The notes beneath the pieces were generated by a model. The model ran no database searches and was not told the DNA's origin. It saw only the letters and a program-made list of their open reading frames with translations. A DNA stretch of 62,212 bases, counting the filler, from Gonapodya sp. JEL0774 (taxonomy: Eukaryota): the NCBI GenBank assembly GCA_027604505.1. It is 30 parts of 30 records of this genome, joined end to end, with 100 filler letters (N's around TTAATTAATTAA, not from the genome) between each part and the next. Parts side by side here need not be neighbours in the genome. Positions count along the whole stretch, not along the records: positions 1 to 1,988 come from JADIIX010002371.1; positions 2,089 to 4,076 come from JADIIX010002372.1; positions 4,177 to 6,164 come from JADIIX010002373.1; positions 6,265 to 8,251 come from JADIIX010002374.1; positions 8,352 to 10,334 come from JADIIX010002375.1; positions 10,435 to 12,416 come from JADIIX010002376.1; 24 more parts are not named here. One strand, 5' to 3'. How positions within the stretch are numbered: position 1 is the first letter of the stretch; each line of letters begins with the position of its first letter. This document shows positions 1 through 12,516 of this stretch, piece after piece. The position numbers and the translations under genes are program-made.

Positions 1-1901
1 TTCTTCCACCACTGAAGAGACGACGTGAGTTCCACAAAGGGATGTTGTCTAGTTGCTTCAGCTCAATATAGGTCCTCTCACCAACAGATCCACTACCGAG
101 ACTCTCTCTTCCACCACGGAGGGTACGACGAGTGAAACGCCTTCCTCCACGACTGAAGCGATGACGTACGTTGATTTGATGCATAGCGAGTCAGAGGCTC
201 AAGCCAAAAATCTGATTTTCACTTGGCTTGGCAACAGATCTACCACAACAGAGAGCTCGACCAGTGAGATACATTCTTCCACGACTGAAGAGACCACGTG
301 AGCTCACCGAAAGGATGTGCCTCATTGGTTCCACTCACTGTAGTTCCTCCCACCAACAGATCCACTGCCGAGACTCCCATTTCTACCACCGAGAGCACGA
401 CGAGTGAGACGTCTTTGTCCACCGCCGAAATAACGACGTAGGTTGATTTCATGCATAGCGTCTCAATGCCTCAAGCTAAACATCTGATTCTCACTGGGCT
501 CCGCAACAGATCGACCACCACAGAAAGCACGAACAGTGAGACACCTTTATCCACCACTGAAGAGGCGACGTGAGTTTCCAAAGAGATCCTGTCTCGTTGC
601 TTCAGCTCAATAAACGTCCTCCCGCCAACAGATCCACCTCTGAGAGTACGACGAGTGAAACCCCTTCGTCCGCCACTGCGGTAACGACGTAGGTTGATTT
701 AATGCATAGTGTCGCACCGCCTCAAGCCAAACATCTGATTCTCACTGGGCTCCGCAACAGATCCACCACCACAGAGAGCACGACCAGTGAGATACCTTCT
801 TCCACCACTGAAGAGACGACGTGAGTTTCTCAAAGTGGTGCTATCTCGTTGGTTCAGCTCAAGATAGGTCCTCCCACCAACAGATCCACTACCGAGACTC
901 TCTCTTCCACCACGGAGGGTACGACGAGTGAAACGCCTTCCTCCACGACTGAAGCGATGACGTACGTTGATTTGATGCATAGCGAGTCAGAGGCTCAAGC
1001 CAAAAATCTGATTTTCACTTGGCTTGGCAACAGATCTACCACAACAGAGAGCTCGACCAGTGAGATACATTCTTCCACGACTGAAGAGACCACGTGAGCT
1101 CACCGAAAGGATGTGCCTCATTGGTTCCACTCACTGTAGTTCCTCCCATCAACAGATCCACTACCGAGACTCCCATTTCCACCACCGAGAGCACGATGAG
1201 TGAGACCCCTTCGTCCACCGCCGAAGTAACGACGTAGGTTGATTTAATGCATAGTGTCGGAGCGCCTCAATGGGAACATCTGATTCTCACTGGGCTCTGC
1301 AACAGATCCACTACCACAGAGCGCACGAACAGTGAGACACCTTTATCCACCACTGCAGGGACGACGTGAGTTTCCAAAGAGATCCTGACTCGTTGCTTCA
1401 GCTCAATAAACGTCCTCCCGCCAACAGATCCACCTCTGAGACTGCCTTTTCCACCACGGAGAGTACGACGAGTGAAACCCCTTCGTCCACCACTGAGGTA
1501 ACGACGTAGGTTGATTTATTGCATAGTGTCGCACCACCACAAGCCAAACATCTGATTCTCGCTGGGCTCCGCAACAGATCCATGACCACACAGAGCACAA
1601 CCAGTGAGGCACTTTCTTCCACCACTGAAGCAACTACGTGAGTTCATCAAAGGGATGCTGCCTCGTTGCTTCAACTGAATACAGTTCCCGTCGCCAAAAG
1701 ATCCACTACCGAGAATCCCTCCTCCACCTCGGAGAGCACGCCGAGTGAGACGCCTTCCTCCACGACTGAAGCCACAACGTGAGTTGGTCGGATGTTCATC
1801 ATGCCAGCAGCGGCAGCCTGTATTTGAATCTCGAACATCATTTGCAACAGATCTACCACAACAGAGAGCAGCTCCAGTGTGACTACCACCGTTTCTATGA
1901 C
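1..1901 (+). CDS. Ser/Thr/Glu-rich mucin-like protein, internal fragment encoded by repeated 78-nt and 60-nt exons
   Basis: Exons such as 88-165, 238-297 and 360-437 are separated by GTACGT/GTGAGC..CAG introns (166-237, 298-359), all phase 2. Spliced product reads STTETLSSTTEGTTSETPSSTTEAMT-STTTESSTSEIHSSTTEETT repeats. Confidence 0.8.
1..1901. repeat. Tandem ~272-bp unit (exon-intron-exon-intron) with a 796-bp higher-order repeat
   Basis: 53-301 is nearly identical to 849-1097; the unit boundary motif CAACAGATC recurs throughout. Confidence 0.92.
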
Positions 1902-1988
1902 GTGAGTTGTTTAAACCCACCTGGTGCTACAGGGGCAAGATCGCACTCTGATGTCGCCATGAATTCGCGCAGATTTCCCACCACCACG

Positions 1989-2088
1989 NNNNNNNNNNNN
2001 NNNNNNNNNNNNNNNNNNNNNNNNNNNNNNNNTTAATTAATTAANNNNNNNNNNNNNNNNNNNNNNNNNNNNNNNNNNNNNNNNNNNN
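1989..2088. other. Artificial contig linker (N-run + TTAATTAATTAA + N-run); first of 29, recurring about every 2.07-2.09 kb, last at ~60142-60241
   Basis: Same ~100-nt linker with stops in all six frames each time; the intervening fragments shrink steadily from 1988 to ~1971 nt, as expected for length-sorted contigs. Confidence 0.98.
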
Positions 2089-3101
2089 AGGGACAAACTC
2101 TTCGACGGTCCACACAACCCTGACCATTCACTCACTCGATCGAAATAGAAGACGGTTCCGGTCTCAGCGTAGGATTCCTCTTCGAAAACTTCATCCGGAC
2201 TTCCCACCCACACCACATCTGCATCCTGCAGCAGCACCTCTGAAAAGCTCGCAAACAACGCACAAAATGGCTTCGCTGCCCATTTGAACGGAGCAGCTGT
2301 CACCACATCCACGAGTTTGGTGAGATCTCTTGTCACCACATCATAACCGTTCCCCATGGCTTCAATCCTCGCGCGCGTATTGGCGTCCATATCGTTGTCT
2401 CCACTGTACATTACTTCAATAGGCAATGTGCATCCAGAGGCTCGTATAGAGCGGATAGAAACCATCGCCATGCGAGCCTGGAATCCCATTCCTGTAGTGA
2501 GAACTATTCCTCGAGTGCTCGGAGCGCGGGCGAAGGAGAGATAAAGAGCTGATACTGAAGTAAAGCTCTGGTGAGCCCACGGAAACAAAATATGCTCGAC
2601 CCGTTGGATCAGGGTAGCAAACACGGTTGCTGCGAAGACGTCTGCGATAGGATCACTGCAGCACAGACCCGGGTTGACGAGAGCGGCGTGAGAGTATGTG
2701 GGTCTCTCACATCGACCACATTGTGCGTCAATAGCCGCATCCAGTTTGAGGAGGACTGAATGAAGATGGACATATTGACGGACTCGGTCGCCGAACTTGG
2801 CCAACGCCGCCGGTGTGGTTGGAGATTCAAGAGGTTCCAGGAGTTGGCGCCGAGATTCGTAGGAAATGTTGACCTCTTTGAGGAGGTGATCGATGCTCCG
2901 TTGAGAAACGGGTTTTGCACCCTTGGCCATCTTCATAAAAGACTCTGAATGTCGGGAGAGAACCTTTGGTGCAGGCGGACTCGATTGATCCCCGGCCCGA
3001 ACGGTCTCTGAAACAGCCAGCGCATATCGCGAGCCTTGCAGCACCGTCAGGAGAAGTAAGGCACTGACAATGGCGGTAATTGTGCGAAGATTCAACAACA
3101 T
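2089..3101 (-). CDS. Alpha-mannosyltransferase, Mnn1/Mnn2-like (GT71), 3'-truncated
   Basis: N-terminal signal anchor; RGIVLT, SIRASGCTLPIEVMY, WAAKPFCALFASFSEVLLQDAD (DxD) and ETGTVFYFDR motifs. Confidence 0.88.
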
Positions 3102-3637
3102 CCCAACTAGATCTGTGCGATGCTCTCTGCGCTCTGTGGAGATGTTTAAGATATCGCGTGGCTGGATTGTGAGACCTATGAATCATTTCATATGAAGGTG
3201 ACCCCTTCCTCCTGCGAGATATCGAGTTGGTCACAGGAGCCAGGTAAGCTGATGTGGTCCCAAACATGCCAAGACGGCTGACGGCTTTGAGACAGACAGC
3301 CACGCCCGATGGAAATACAACATGATAAAGATTTTCTGAGTGCGAATATCTCTCGGGTGAGTGTGATCGGCCTTTTGCGGGGTTGGGGCGTAGATGCGGG
3401 GTCAAAGTCGAGGCAGAAGGTTTTCAACAAGACTGCAGACCAGGGTCCCTCAGCTATTTTAGGAGAGAGACTTGGTCCCCTAAGGAAATGAACCACAAAT
3501 ACTACAAGAACTCATTCCAGATTTTCTGTCTAGCTTGCGATCTTTGATCGTGTACGAAGTACGAAGTGGAAAAAGTCCAATAATTCAGACCTGGTGGTGG
3601 AAGCAAGAAAACAATCCTGGTCGCTGCCCAGCATATG

Positions 3638-4066
3638 CTACTTAGCAGTATCAGCGTTGATATTCGAGTTAAACTTTGGATTATTTTCCCAAATCTTGCG
3701 GAGTCTGGTCCAATAGTCCGCATGCACATAGCTCCAGTCCATGTCCCCACCGAATTTCATCTCTACCATTGCGGGATTCACTAACTTGTGAAGAACGCCG
3801 TTGTTCTCCTCTTGTTGATGGTTCAATCCTTTTGTCGTGTGCGTAAAGTGTATCTTCTGTCTGGTTACGGGATCCACGAAGGGAGATATTAACTTCCAAA
3901 AGACCTCGACCAAGGTGAACGGGTTCACAAAAGTGGCATGTCTGATGGTTGTACAGCGAATGATGTGGCAAAAAGTGATGAGCATTGTGAGAAGAGTCCT
4001 GACGCCAGGATGTGTAAGAACGATTCCTGCCATGATTCTCACCCAAGCCGTTCAGGATAATGAGCC
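3638..4066 (-). CDS. CRAL-TRIO (Sec14/Pdr16-like) lipid-binding protein, C-terminal exons
   Basis: Spliced AHYPERLG|HATFVNP..FWKLISPFVDPVTRQKIHF..KFGGD. Confidence 0.85.
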
Positions 4067-4176
4067 TATAAAAAGANNNNNNNNNNNNNNNNNNNNNNNN
4101 NNNNNNNNNNNNNNNNNNNNTTAATTAATTAANNNNNNNNNNNNNNNNNNNNNNNNNNNNNNNNNNNNNNNNNNNN

Positions 4177-6164
4177 TTTCAGAAACTAGGTCCACTAATG
4201 GACGCTGTATCCCCCGCGCCGAAATCCGTTTCGATAGAGGTCACTGAGAGCGCTCGGGAAGGTTGCTGAATCGCATATAATTATCTTACGATCATGTCAA
4301 TTGGTTCATGAACAAAAATAGAGTGCATACCTTGGACATCGCTGCCACTGGAACAGGGCCTGCCATAGATCCTAAATTTTGCGGTGACGGCGTAGGTATG
4401 TTCACAATGCGCGCGCTCTCTCGGGGCTCCTCCCGCCCGGAAAATTTGAATTGCGTGAGCGCGGGTGGTGGTTGCAAATGTTCTGCAAGTACAGTTTCTT
4501 TCCTAACTTCGACCGGCGGCACTGATCTAAATGGAGGTGCCTCAAAAAAAATTTCGGTTCTTGCAACCTCCTTTGTCTCTTGCTTGTGTTTGGTGGGCTT
4601 CACATGGGGTTCCGCTTTCAAGTCTTCCCCGACACTTTCGAGAGCAACATGTGTTCGTGTCGATTGTGTTTCCTCGAGCTTTTCAGCTCTTTCAAGGTGC
4701 GCAGCTTTCATTACGTGTTCGATGTGACTGCGGCGGTCAACTGAGTCAGATGCAGTACTTGCACTTCGAGTTTCTTTCTCAGGCGCCGATGTGGGAGGTG
4801 AAGCTGATGCTGATGGCAAGAAGCAACCTTCACCATACCCCGCAGAAAATTCTTTGCTTGTCATCGCGATATCACCAGTATTTCTACTCATTGGGGACGG
4901 AGGTTTCACGCTGCGGGAGCTGAGATTTGGGTTCTCTGAAGCTTTGCCGACCGAGGTCTTCACGTCACTCAGAACTTGCATCCCGATTTCGTCAGTCCAC
5001 GCGACTAATGGATCCGGTAATCGCTGGGCAGGAACATGGGGGGTGGAGAGAAAGGCGTGGGAGAAAGGCAACATACGTGAACTCTGATCATGCAACACTG
5101 CGATATGTGGATCAGAGGTGGTTGGGTTTGGAGGAATCTCAGCTGAAACGAAAGGATCCAAAAGAGGCGTATACACGCGCTGAATGATCGATCGAGCTGA
5201 TGGTATGCTCAAATGTTGGCCACTTTGGTCTGTAAAGTAAACCACTTCCGTGACGAGAACAAGATATAGCACTCGTACACTGATATATGCGCACCTGCGA
5301 CTTCCTTTGCCGACCGTGCTTCATCAAGTTCCAAACGTGTCTCAGCAAGTTCCCGCTCAATTGTCCGACACCGCAAAGTAAGTTCATCATTGCGATGGGT
5401 GAGATCATCCGATCTATTCATCTGTAAAGGAGCAATCGAGTTTTATCCTTAGAGGCATTCGATTACTTCCTGTACTAAGTAGCGCAGGAACTCACTTCAG
5501 CATCTAACCTGGCAACGACTTCCGCGCACTCCTTCCTCCATCGCTGCTCCGCCCTACGCATTCGAGCCAGCTCCCTTTCAGTGGTGCCAACTTCTTTCTC
5601 TGGCCGAGCAACAGATCGAAGCAGGTTATCCAGCTCAACCTGGCGGGCGGAAAGCGCAGATTGGGTGGCGGATAACTGCCTACACCAATTGCAATATTGA
5701 TCCAAGGGTAATTTGTAATGCTGGTGCAAACGTGAGCTGGACAAAGCCTCACGTACCCTTTGAGCATCTCGATTTCCCAGAGTTTCGCTCGTCCTTCACC
5801 GTCCCGCTCCCATTTCTCTTGCCATTCTTTGCACCGCTTCTCCAATTCGCCAATCTTCACACGAGCAGCGTCAAGTTCGGTTGAAAGATCTTCGTTGCGT
5901 GCTGTTTCGAACTCCACTTTCTGCAATCGACGGTTCACCTCCACCGTCAGGCGCCCAAGCAAAGCTCTGTCGGCTAGCATCGTAACATTTGTTGATGCCT
6001 CCAACGACAATTTATGTAAATTTTGTGCACTCACCATCGACCTTAATCATACCCTCATCAACCTGCTTCCTTTTCGTTTCATGCTCTGCCTCCCAGAGAA
6101 CCTTCGCCTGGGCAACTTCTGCTGATATTTGTTGCTGAAACTTCGACTCTCGAGTATGGATATC
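4177..6164 (-). CDS. Multi-exon coiled-coil protein with a disordered C-terminal region (partial, family unknown)
   Basis: Successive heptad-rich exons (5758-6037, 5500-5680, 5295-5421) followed by a long S/P/E-rich ORF, with GT-AG boundaries. Confidence 0.6.
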
Positions 6165-8351
6165 NNNNNNNNNNNNNNNNNNNNNNNNNNNNNNNNNNNN
6201 NNNNNNNNTTAATTAATTAANNNNNNNNNNNNNNNNNNNNNNNNNNNNNNNNNNNNNNNNNNNNGGGGCCAAGCGAATTGTAATTCATCTGCGACTCTAT
6301 CCGAATGACACAAAGAGAGTGCTGAGAAACTCAATAGCGTATAGTATGGCACAGTTGATACTTTGTGTCGGTCATTCTTCACGAGATATAATTGTAGTTC
6401 TGCACTCTGGATCCTTGTAAAGGGCATTGCAGCAGTATTCGCAAAGAAAGCAGACTCGGTGGAGGTTTTGTCGCTTGTTTAGCTTGGACTCCTCTGTTCA
6501 GCCGCGAGCCTGAGTGACGTGACAGTCTGCTCTCCACCTGAAGTCCTGAACGAGCTGACGTTGCTGGTATTTCACGATTTGATTACACGGGTACTCGTCG
6601 ACAAGTGTCTGTTTGTTTCGAGCTCGCCGGTCAATCAGGCTGTTGGGCCCGCATTTCCGCTAATCCAGTCGTAACTTGATAGTTTTCAGGCGCACAACTG
6701 GGCTCTCACGGTGACTCCATTAATTATCCATTATAAGAGCACACCCGAGTTCCATTACAATGCGAGAGACTTTCACTTTCGTTGAACGCTCATAGAAGTA
6801 CATGAATTCAAGTACTTGGACGGATTCAATACGGCAAAGTTAGTTTAGCTTCGTTCGAATCTGGAAAGAAGACACTGCTGTTCACGGACAAGGAAAGACG
6901 TCAGTACATTCTTTGCCTGAGTTGAAAGGTGTAAATCTTACATCGAACGGAGGAACGGAGTGGGGTGATGTTTATTGTGTACCCACGTTAGCTGCAGCAG
7001 TGGAATGTCTCAAAACTCAACTTTGTGGCCCTGCTTGTCGATCTTCCATTCCCTCTTTCTTCCACATCTGAACGATACCAAACAAACACCACATTTGAAG
7101 AGCTTTTGTGCGAGATTCCCGTAGAATCTCAAGCAAATGGCACGGAGACAGTCTGCAGACAGAAAAACGTGTCCGGGAGAGTCACAGACTCATTGAGTCG
7201 AGATAAGTCTCAGTTCAAAACCGTTCGATAGAGGCGAGAGTATTCTCTTCCGGCTCGCCGTCGAACCCATATCATTCGGCGAGAATCTACCTCTTGCCGG
7301 TGCTCCAGCTCCGACATCCTTGTCAGAGAGGTCAACAAATCAGACTATGAGGAGCCCTGAGGTCAATGCTCGCGCGTGGAATACAATCAGGTGTGAAATA
7401 TCCTCGCTCCAGGCAATCCGATATACACCGAAGTCGATTCTTGGCAGGAATTGATGGTCCGAAGCCGACAACAGCTCTCAAAAAGTTGCATCTGTTCCTT
7501 GATCTCAGAGATTCCGGGAACTGGCAGATGTGGATCAGAAAGTCCTCCCGAAGGGTCGAGCAATACTCGTCTGACCTTCCAACTTGGCTGTGAATTGCAC
7601 GTGAGGGATCAACTAATTCAATCGATTCGCACGCCATTTTCGGGCATCTTTACACAGAGCAGCTCACTTCTTCCGGCGATTTGAATGATTATCTCGATGC
7701 TGAAGGGAACAGGGTTGTTTGTTTTGCAAAACAAAACATCGGTTCCCAACTGAACCATCAGTTCCTTCGGCTCTCCGCCAATATCGAACATCACGATATG
7801 CATATGTATGAATGAAATTTGCTGTGAGTCGGTTGAAAACATCGATCCGCCTGTTGTTGTGTACTGCGCCAAGGACTCACCAAACTGAAATGGGCCACTT
7901 ACTTGGCGTGAATCACACGAATGCATCTCCACAAACATTTTACGGCAATCATCATGCACTATATAGTGACATAATGACGGGCTTGATTCTGAATAATAAA
8001 TCAGGTGATGTTTATCAATCAGGCTGCCTGGGTTCTCTGGCCTGGCGCCTTTCCGCAACCCATCGCGTTCGCATCTTCCGCCAAGATGTCCTCTGGCGAA
8101 GGCCTTCCCCGTCCTGTGTTCGTCTCTCCTCCGAGAGCTCCCGCTGATTTCTGTTCGGCCCCCACGACCGCACGCGAGCTCAGTACACCTGTCCCGTCAA
8201 AGATTCACTCAGCAAGAGAACCACTCCTACCCCCACCCGCTCCTCGCCGCCNNNNNNNNNNNNNNNNNNNNNNNNNNNNNNNNNNNNNNNNNNNNTTAAT
8301 TAATTAANNNNNNNNNNNNNNNNNNNNNNNNNNNNNNNNNNNNNNNNNNNN

Positions 8352-9366
8352 TCATCAATGTGGTCGATGATAATGGAGACACACCCACAGTACTCGTTGC
8401 ATAGGGCGTCAGAGGCGAGGATGTCTTTGAGAGCTGTTCGGCCTTTCGCGTCCACGAGATTGTCCCTAAGGATAGAGGAAATGGCGGCGCGGAGCTCGCC
8501 GCTAAGAAGCTTAGATGAGATTCCTGTTTTTGCGTAAGTTTGGACAGACTGACAACGGAAGCACCGCGAGGTGTGGATGTTCATCGGGGGCGTTGACGCT
8601 GGTAAATATTGAGGCATACCTTTTGCAACGACTCCAAGAACTCGCCGCTCAAATCTCCGAAAGCCTCGTCTACCACCTTCAAATCAAAGCTTTTCTCCGG
8701 CACAGGTTCCGCCAGTCTGGTTAATCTCTCGACAAAAGCGTCGCGTTCGGGGTTGGGTGTCAAGTCCTCGAACTCCTCTTCGTCCCCTCCGCTTTCCTTG
8801 GCTTGCTCATCCTCTGAGTTTGCATCAAACCATTCCGATAGAATCTTTCCGAATAGCCAAGCCTTTGGGGTACAAAGGGAAGAGACAGTACAGATGAAGA
8901 CATTTGTTCTTTGCAATGCCCCCAACCTACGGCCTAGGTCAAGTTGAACTCACGAACTCCGCCCTCCTCCTACCCCTTTGTATTTCCATCTGCAAGCTGT
9001 CAATCCATCCCAGTATAACACCATCGGTGACCGTGGGATCCCATTCAGCACGCTCAAGCAAATTCTCCAGGTTAGCGATTGCTGGGTGAAGCGGTGCCCC
9101 AGAGAAGGTTGCAGATTTGATGCCAGAGTAGAGTGAGGCGAGTTTTGATAGGAGTTTACTGCTCTCGAGAACAAAATAACGAAACGGTGAGGTATGCCAG
9201 CAGAAAATTGCGTACCTGCCGATCTACATAGCGAATTTAAAACATACGTCTCTTTGGCGGCATCAGCGACCGCTTCGTCGTAGTGACGATTAAGACGCTC
9301 CCGCTGCCGTTGAAGTTCCTGAAGTTTTATCGCCGCAACGGAACGAAACTTTGAGAAGACGACCAT
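8352..9366 (-). CDS. rvt: rvt-family cellular reverse transcriptase, N-terminal region (RT core cut off by the contig end)
   Basis: Exons 9366-9248, 9161-8954, 8862-8620 and 8548-8352 splice in frame: MVVFSKFRSVAAIKLQELQRQRERL..LHPAIANLENLLERAEWDPTV..GWIDSLQMEI..AEFAWLFGKILSEW..LRAAISSILRDNLVDAKGRTALKDILAS. The blocks match the rvt N-terminal region in the order I recall. Confidence 0.75.
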
Positions 9367-10434
9367 CCTCCAACCGGCCAATGGAAGTGATTTGATTCGG
9401 AATCCGGTCGCAATGAGCGGTACAGCGTTCAAGAAGCCGAAGCGCAGACAGCTGGGCTCGCAGAGTCCGATTCGGAAATGTTTATGAATTGTGGCCTGCC
9501 GAAGGTTGCCGTTGTTCGTGGCCTTCACGTACAGGGGCAGTGCGCCTGCGGGCTTTTGAAACCCACGGGAATGCAAGTAAGTGTTATATAGTAGATATGT
9601 ATATTCGATTCGCATGGATCTAGTGAGGAAACCGACGTGGAACTACTTATTCGAGTTTCGGGAGTGTGATTCACCATTCTCCTACCCGTCGGGTTTGAAT
9701 GCCATGTCGTGAAACCGAATCTGATGGTAACATTCATAAAACGGGCTAAGAGCTCCAAAGGCAGAGAAACGTGGAAGTCATGATGTTGGGAGTGCGCATT
9801 ACGCAAATCGGCTCAGTCAGCACATCGAACATGAACATTTCATCAAACCCCATCGCATCCAGATCTCGGCGTCTGTCGCTGAGCTGGCTTTAGCTTTTTC
9901 TTCATTCGACCTCGCTTCTTTTCTTGTGGATAGCAGTGATGGCTTCTACTTCAGTCTCCACGACATCTCGCATGCTTCCATCGCTGTCGTTCTCCTCTGC
10001 TTTCACGGCCGCGTTACCTGGTGAACCGTGGGATGCGTCCTCTCCAATGGCTCGCCAATCTCGGCAGGTCCGAAAAGCTGTCTACTCAAACGTGAACCCC
10101 GAGAAATCGCCAGAGCATTTGCTTGTTGCATTTAGTGAGAGCGCCGCGAAAGAATGCCTTGAGATCAAGTCTCCGGAAACATCAGAGGAGCGACGAATGT
10201 GGAGTGATCTTCTATCTGGGAATTCGGGCTTTGCCAGTAGGTCCCTTCCTCAACTATTACCTTGTCCCGTTTCATATTGGAAGTGACACATTCGCACTTC
10301 CATGTGATTGCTCAGCTGCGAAGCCATATGCCCANNNNNNNNNNNNNNNNNNNNNNNNNNNNNNNNNNNNNNNNNNNNTTAATTAATTAANNNNNNNNNN
10401 NNNNNNNNNNNNNNNNNNNNNNNNNNNNNNNNNN

Positions 10435-12416
10435 GTTATCAAACACCAATACTCATCTAAGGACAGTGGTCTGTGAATAATCTAATCTGTCCTGTGTATG
10501 TACCAAGCGTGCGCAGTTTTGGACCCATTGGAAACAGTCATCCATTTGTGCATTGCAATTGACCTCACCCCAGCAGGTTGCAATTTCCCAGTGGCCAGCC
10601 CTTGATCCCAAACTGCTGGGGCAGCTTTTGCAACTGCTGCAAGTCAGCAAATATATGCAGTTTTTTATTCAATCAGCACCCTTGAACCAACTTGTGATCA
10701 GAGAGGTTTGGGAAACCAGACACCAAAACCCAGTATCAAATGCATCCAGAAGCTGTGAAAAACGTTAGAAACATGAAAAAAAAATACACAGAAACCCTCC
10801 AAACCACAATTCTTTGAAAAACACACTAGAAACATAAATACTCAGAACTTTTCCTTCTACGTTGGACACAAAACTGGAGAGCACTGATCTTTATCTTGTT
10901 GGCACTTTACCTGTACATTTGAATGTAAACCGGACTGTCCTTCAAATCCGTCCATGGAGCCTCAAACAACACCCCAAGCACTCTGAACTTCAAAAATTGC
11001 ACCCAACAACTCTCCAAACCCATGCATCAAGTTAAATGCATTCTGCTCTCTTTGCTCTCCACATCCCACGCATTGATGCTGATCCAGTATGAGAAAGCCA
11101 GATTTGTTTGTGGGATCCCTCGACCCTGTAATATCTTGTTATAATGCATCCCAGCCTTGTCGTCTGGCGGAAATTCCAGTGACGGAACTAGCACCAATCA
11201 TCCAGAATGCTTTTGTGCTATCTTGGAGCCTTCTGGGTGCGTGATTACTGTCAAGCCGGCTGAATTCTTCCGCACTTGCAATCTGATGCCTGTGCCTCCA
11301 TCACCATCTGTCTGCCTTGTTCATTACGACTGGAGCAACGCTGTGTCTCCTCCAGACCTTTCCAAAACAGAATCTATTGCTGCTTTCACCACACATTTGT
11401 CCGAGGATTATGCTCCTGATTCTGACATGACATTGGATTATGAGTTGTACGATTTTCACCCTCTGGCTTGTGTTTACAGCCACCATCCCCCAACTCCTCC
11501 CTGCACTCCAATGCCGCCTCTCATTGCGCCAGCTCAGGCTCCACCTCTGCTGGCCTTTCAGTTGCAGTGGATGCCAGTGCCACCACCACCATTCCTCTCT
11601 ATTTCAATCTTCATCACAACTGTGGCATGAACAGCCACCACTAGCAGGTGTTGGACACTTTATGTCACCAAGGAATTTGTTTTTCACAGTTGTTTTTCCA
11701 ATGTTATGTTGTAGTTTCCCACAGACCAGCAGCAGAGTCAGGGTCACTGATGATCATCAGATATATGGACAATGTATTAAGTTGAGTTTTCCATCGGATT
11801 CCAGGATATTTGTCTTGTAGAACACTCTAGAACACCGGCAAACAGGAGAAACTCTTTAGCTGAATCTAGTGTAAGCATCCGAGATTTGGCCTATATAAAC
11901 TCCTTGTTTTCCCCGCTCCACTAAGAGAAGAACAAGTTGCTTCATCAATAGACCCATCACAGGTCCTAACTGCATCTCAGAGCTAGCTAGCAACTCACTA
12001 AAGCCCCCACCTAGTATACGTAGGACCTCAACCCCTCCACAAATTCAGAGACATGAGCATTGTACATTATGGATTGCAATAAATTCCACATAATTATACA
12101 TATGAGGTTTTGGTAGCAACCTTGCCAACATATTGATCTCCTGGCACAAATTTTGAGATGAAATCTCAGGAGTCTGATGCCTTTCATTGCATCAGCAGTT
12201 CTGGTCATAAATGGATCTGTGATGTCACCTTTGGTGACTTGCTGGGCTTACTGCTAGATTAGAGATGGTAGTTAAATGATGAAGGGTCTTTGTGGTGCAG
12301 CTGCTGCACAGGTTGTAGCTAGACACAAGGTGTAGATTCTTTAGGTTTGACTAGTAGCGCTTCTGTTCCAGGTAGGAACGTCAGCGCTTTGTATTTGTCT
12401 GTCTCTACACTATACA
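10435..12416. mobile_element. Probable degenerate transposon-derived DNA (CpG-poor, TpG/CpA-rich)
   Basis: CpG visibly scarce relative to gene contigs; broken ORFs; no recognisable host gene. Confidence 0.35.
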
Positions 12417-12516
12417 NNNNNNNNNNNNNNNNNNNNNNNNNNNNNNNNNNNNNNNNNNNNTTAATTAATTAANNNNNNNNNNNNNNNNNNNNNNNNNNNN
12501 NNNNNNNNNNNNNNNN

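Noticed and set aside
53..1097. Two near-identical 82-aa ORFs treated as duplicated small genes
   Set aside because: They read through a 72-nt intron of the repeated mucin gene
6265..8251. Possible genes in this contig and in 16680-18659
   Set aside because: No recognisable motifs or consistent spliced frame found; left unannotated
11816..12041. Solo LTR (TGTAGA..TCCACA with an internal TATATAAA)
   Set aside because: No matching target-site duplication, PBS/PPT or second copy is visible; plausible but unsupported
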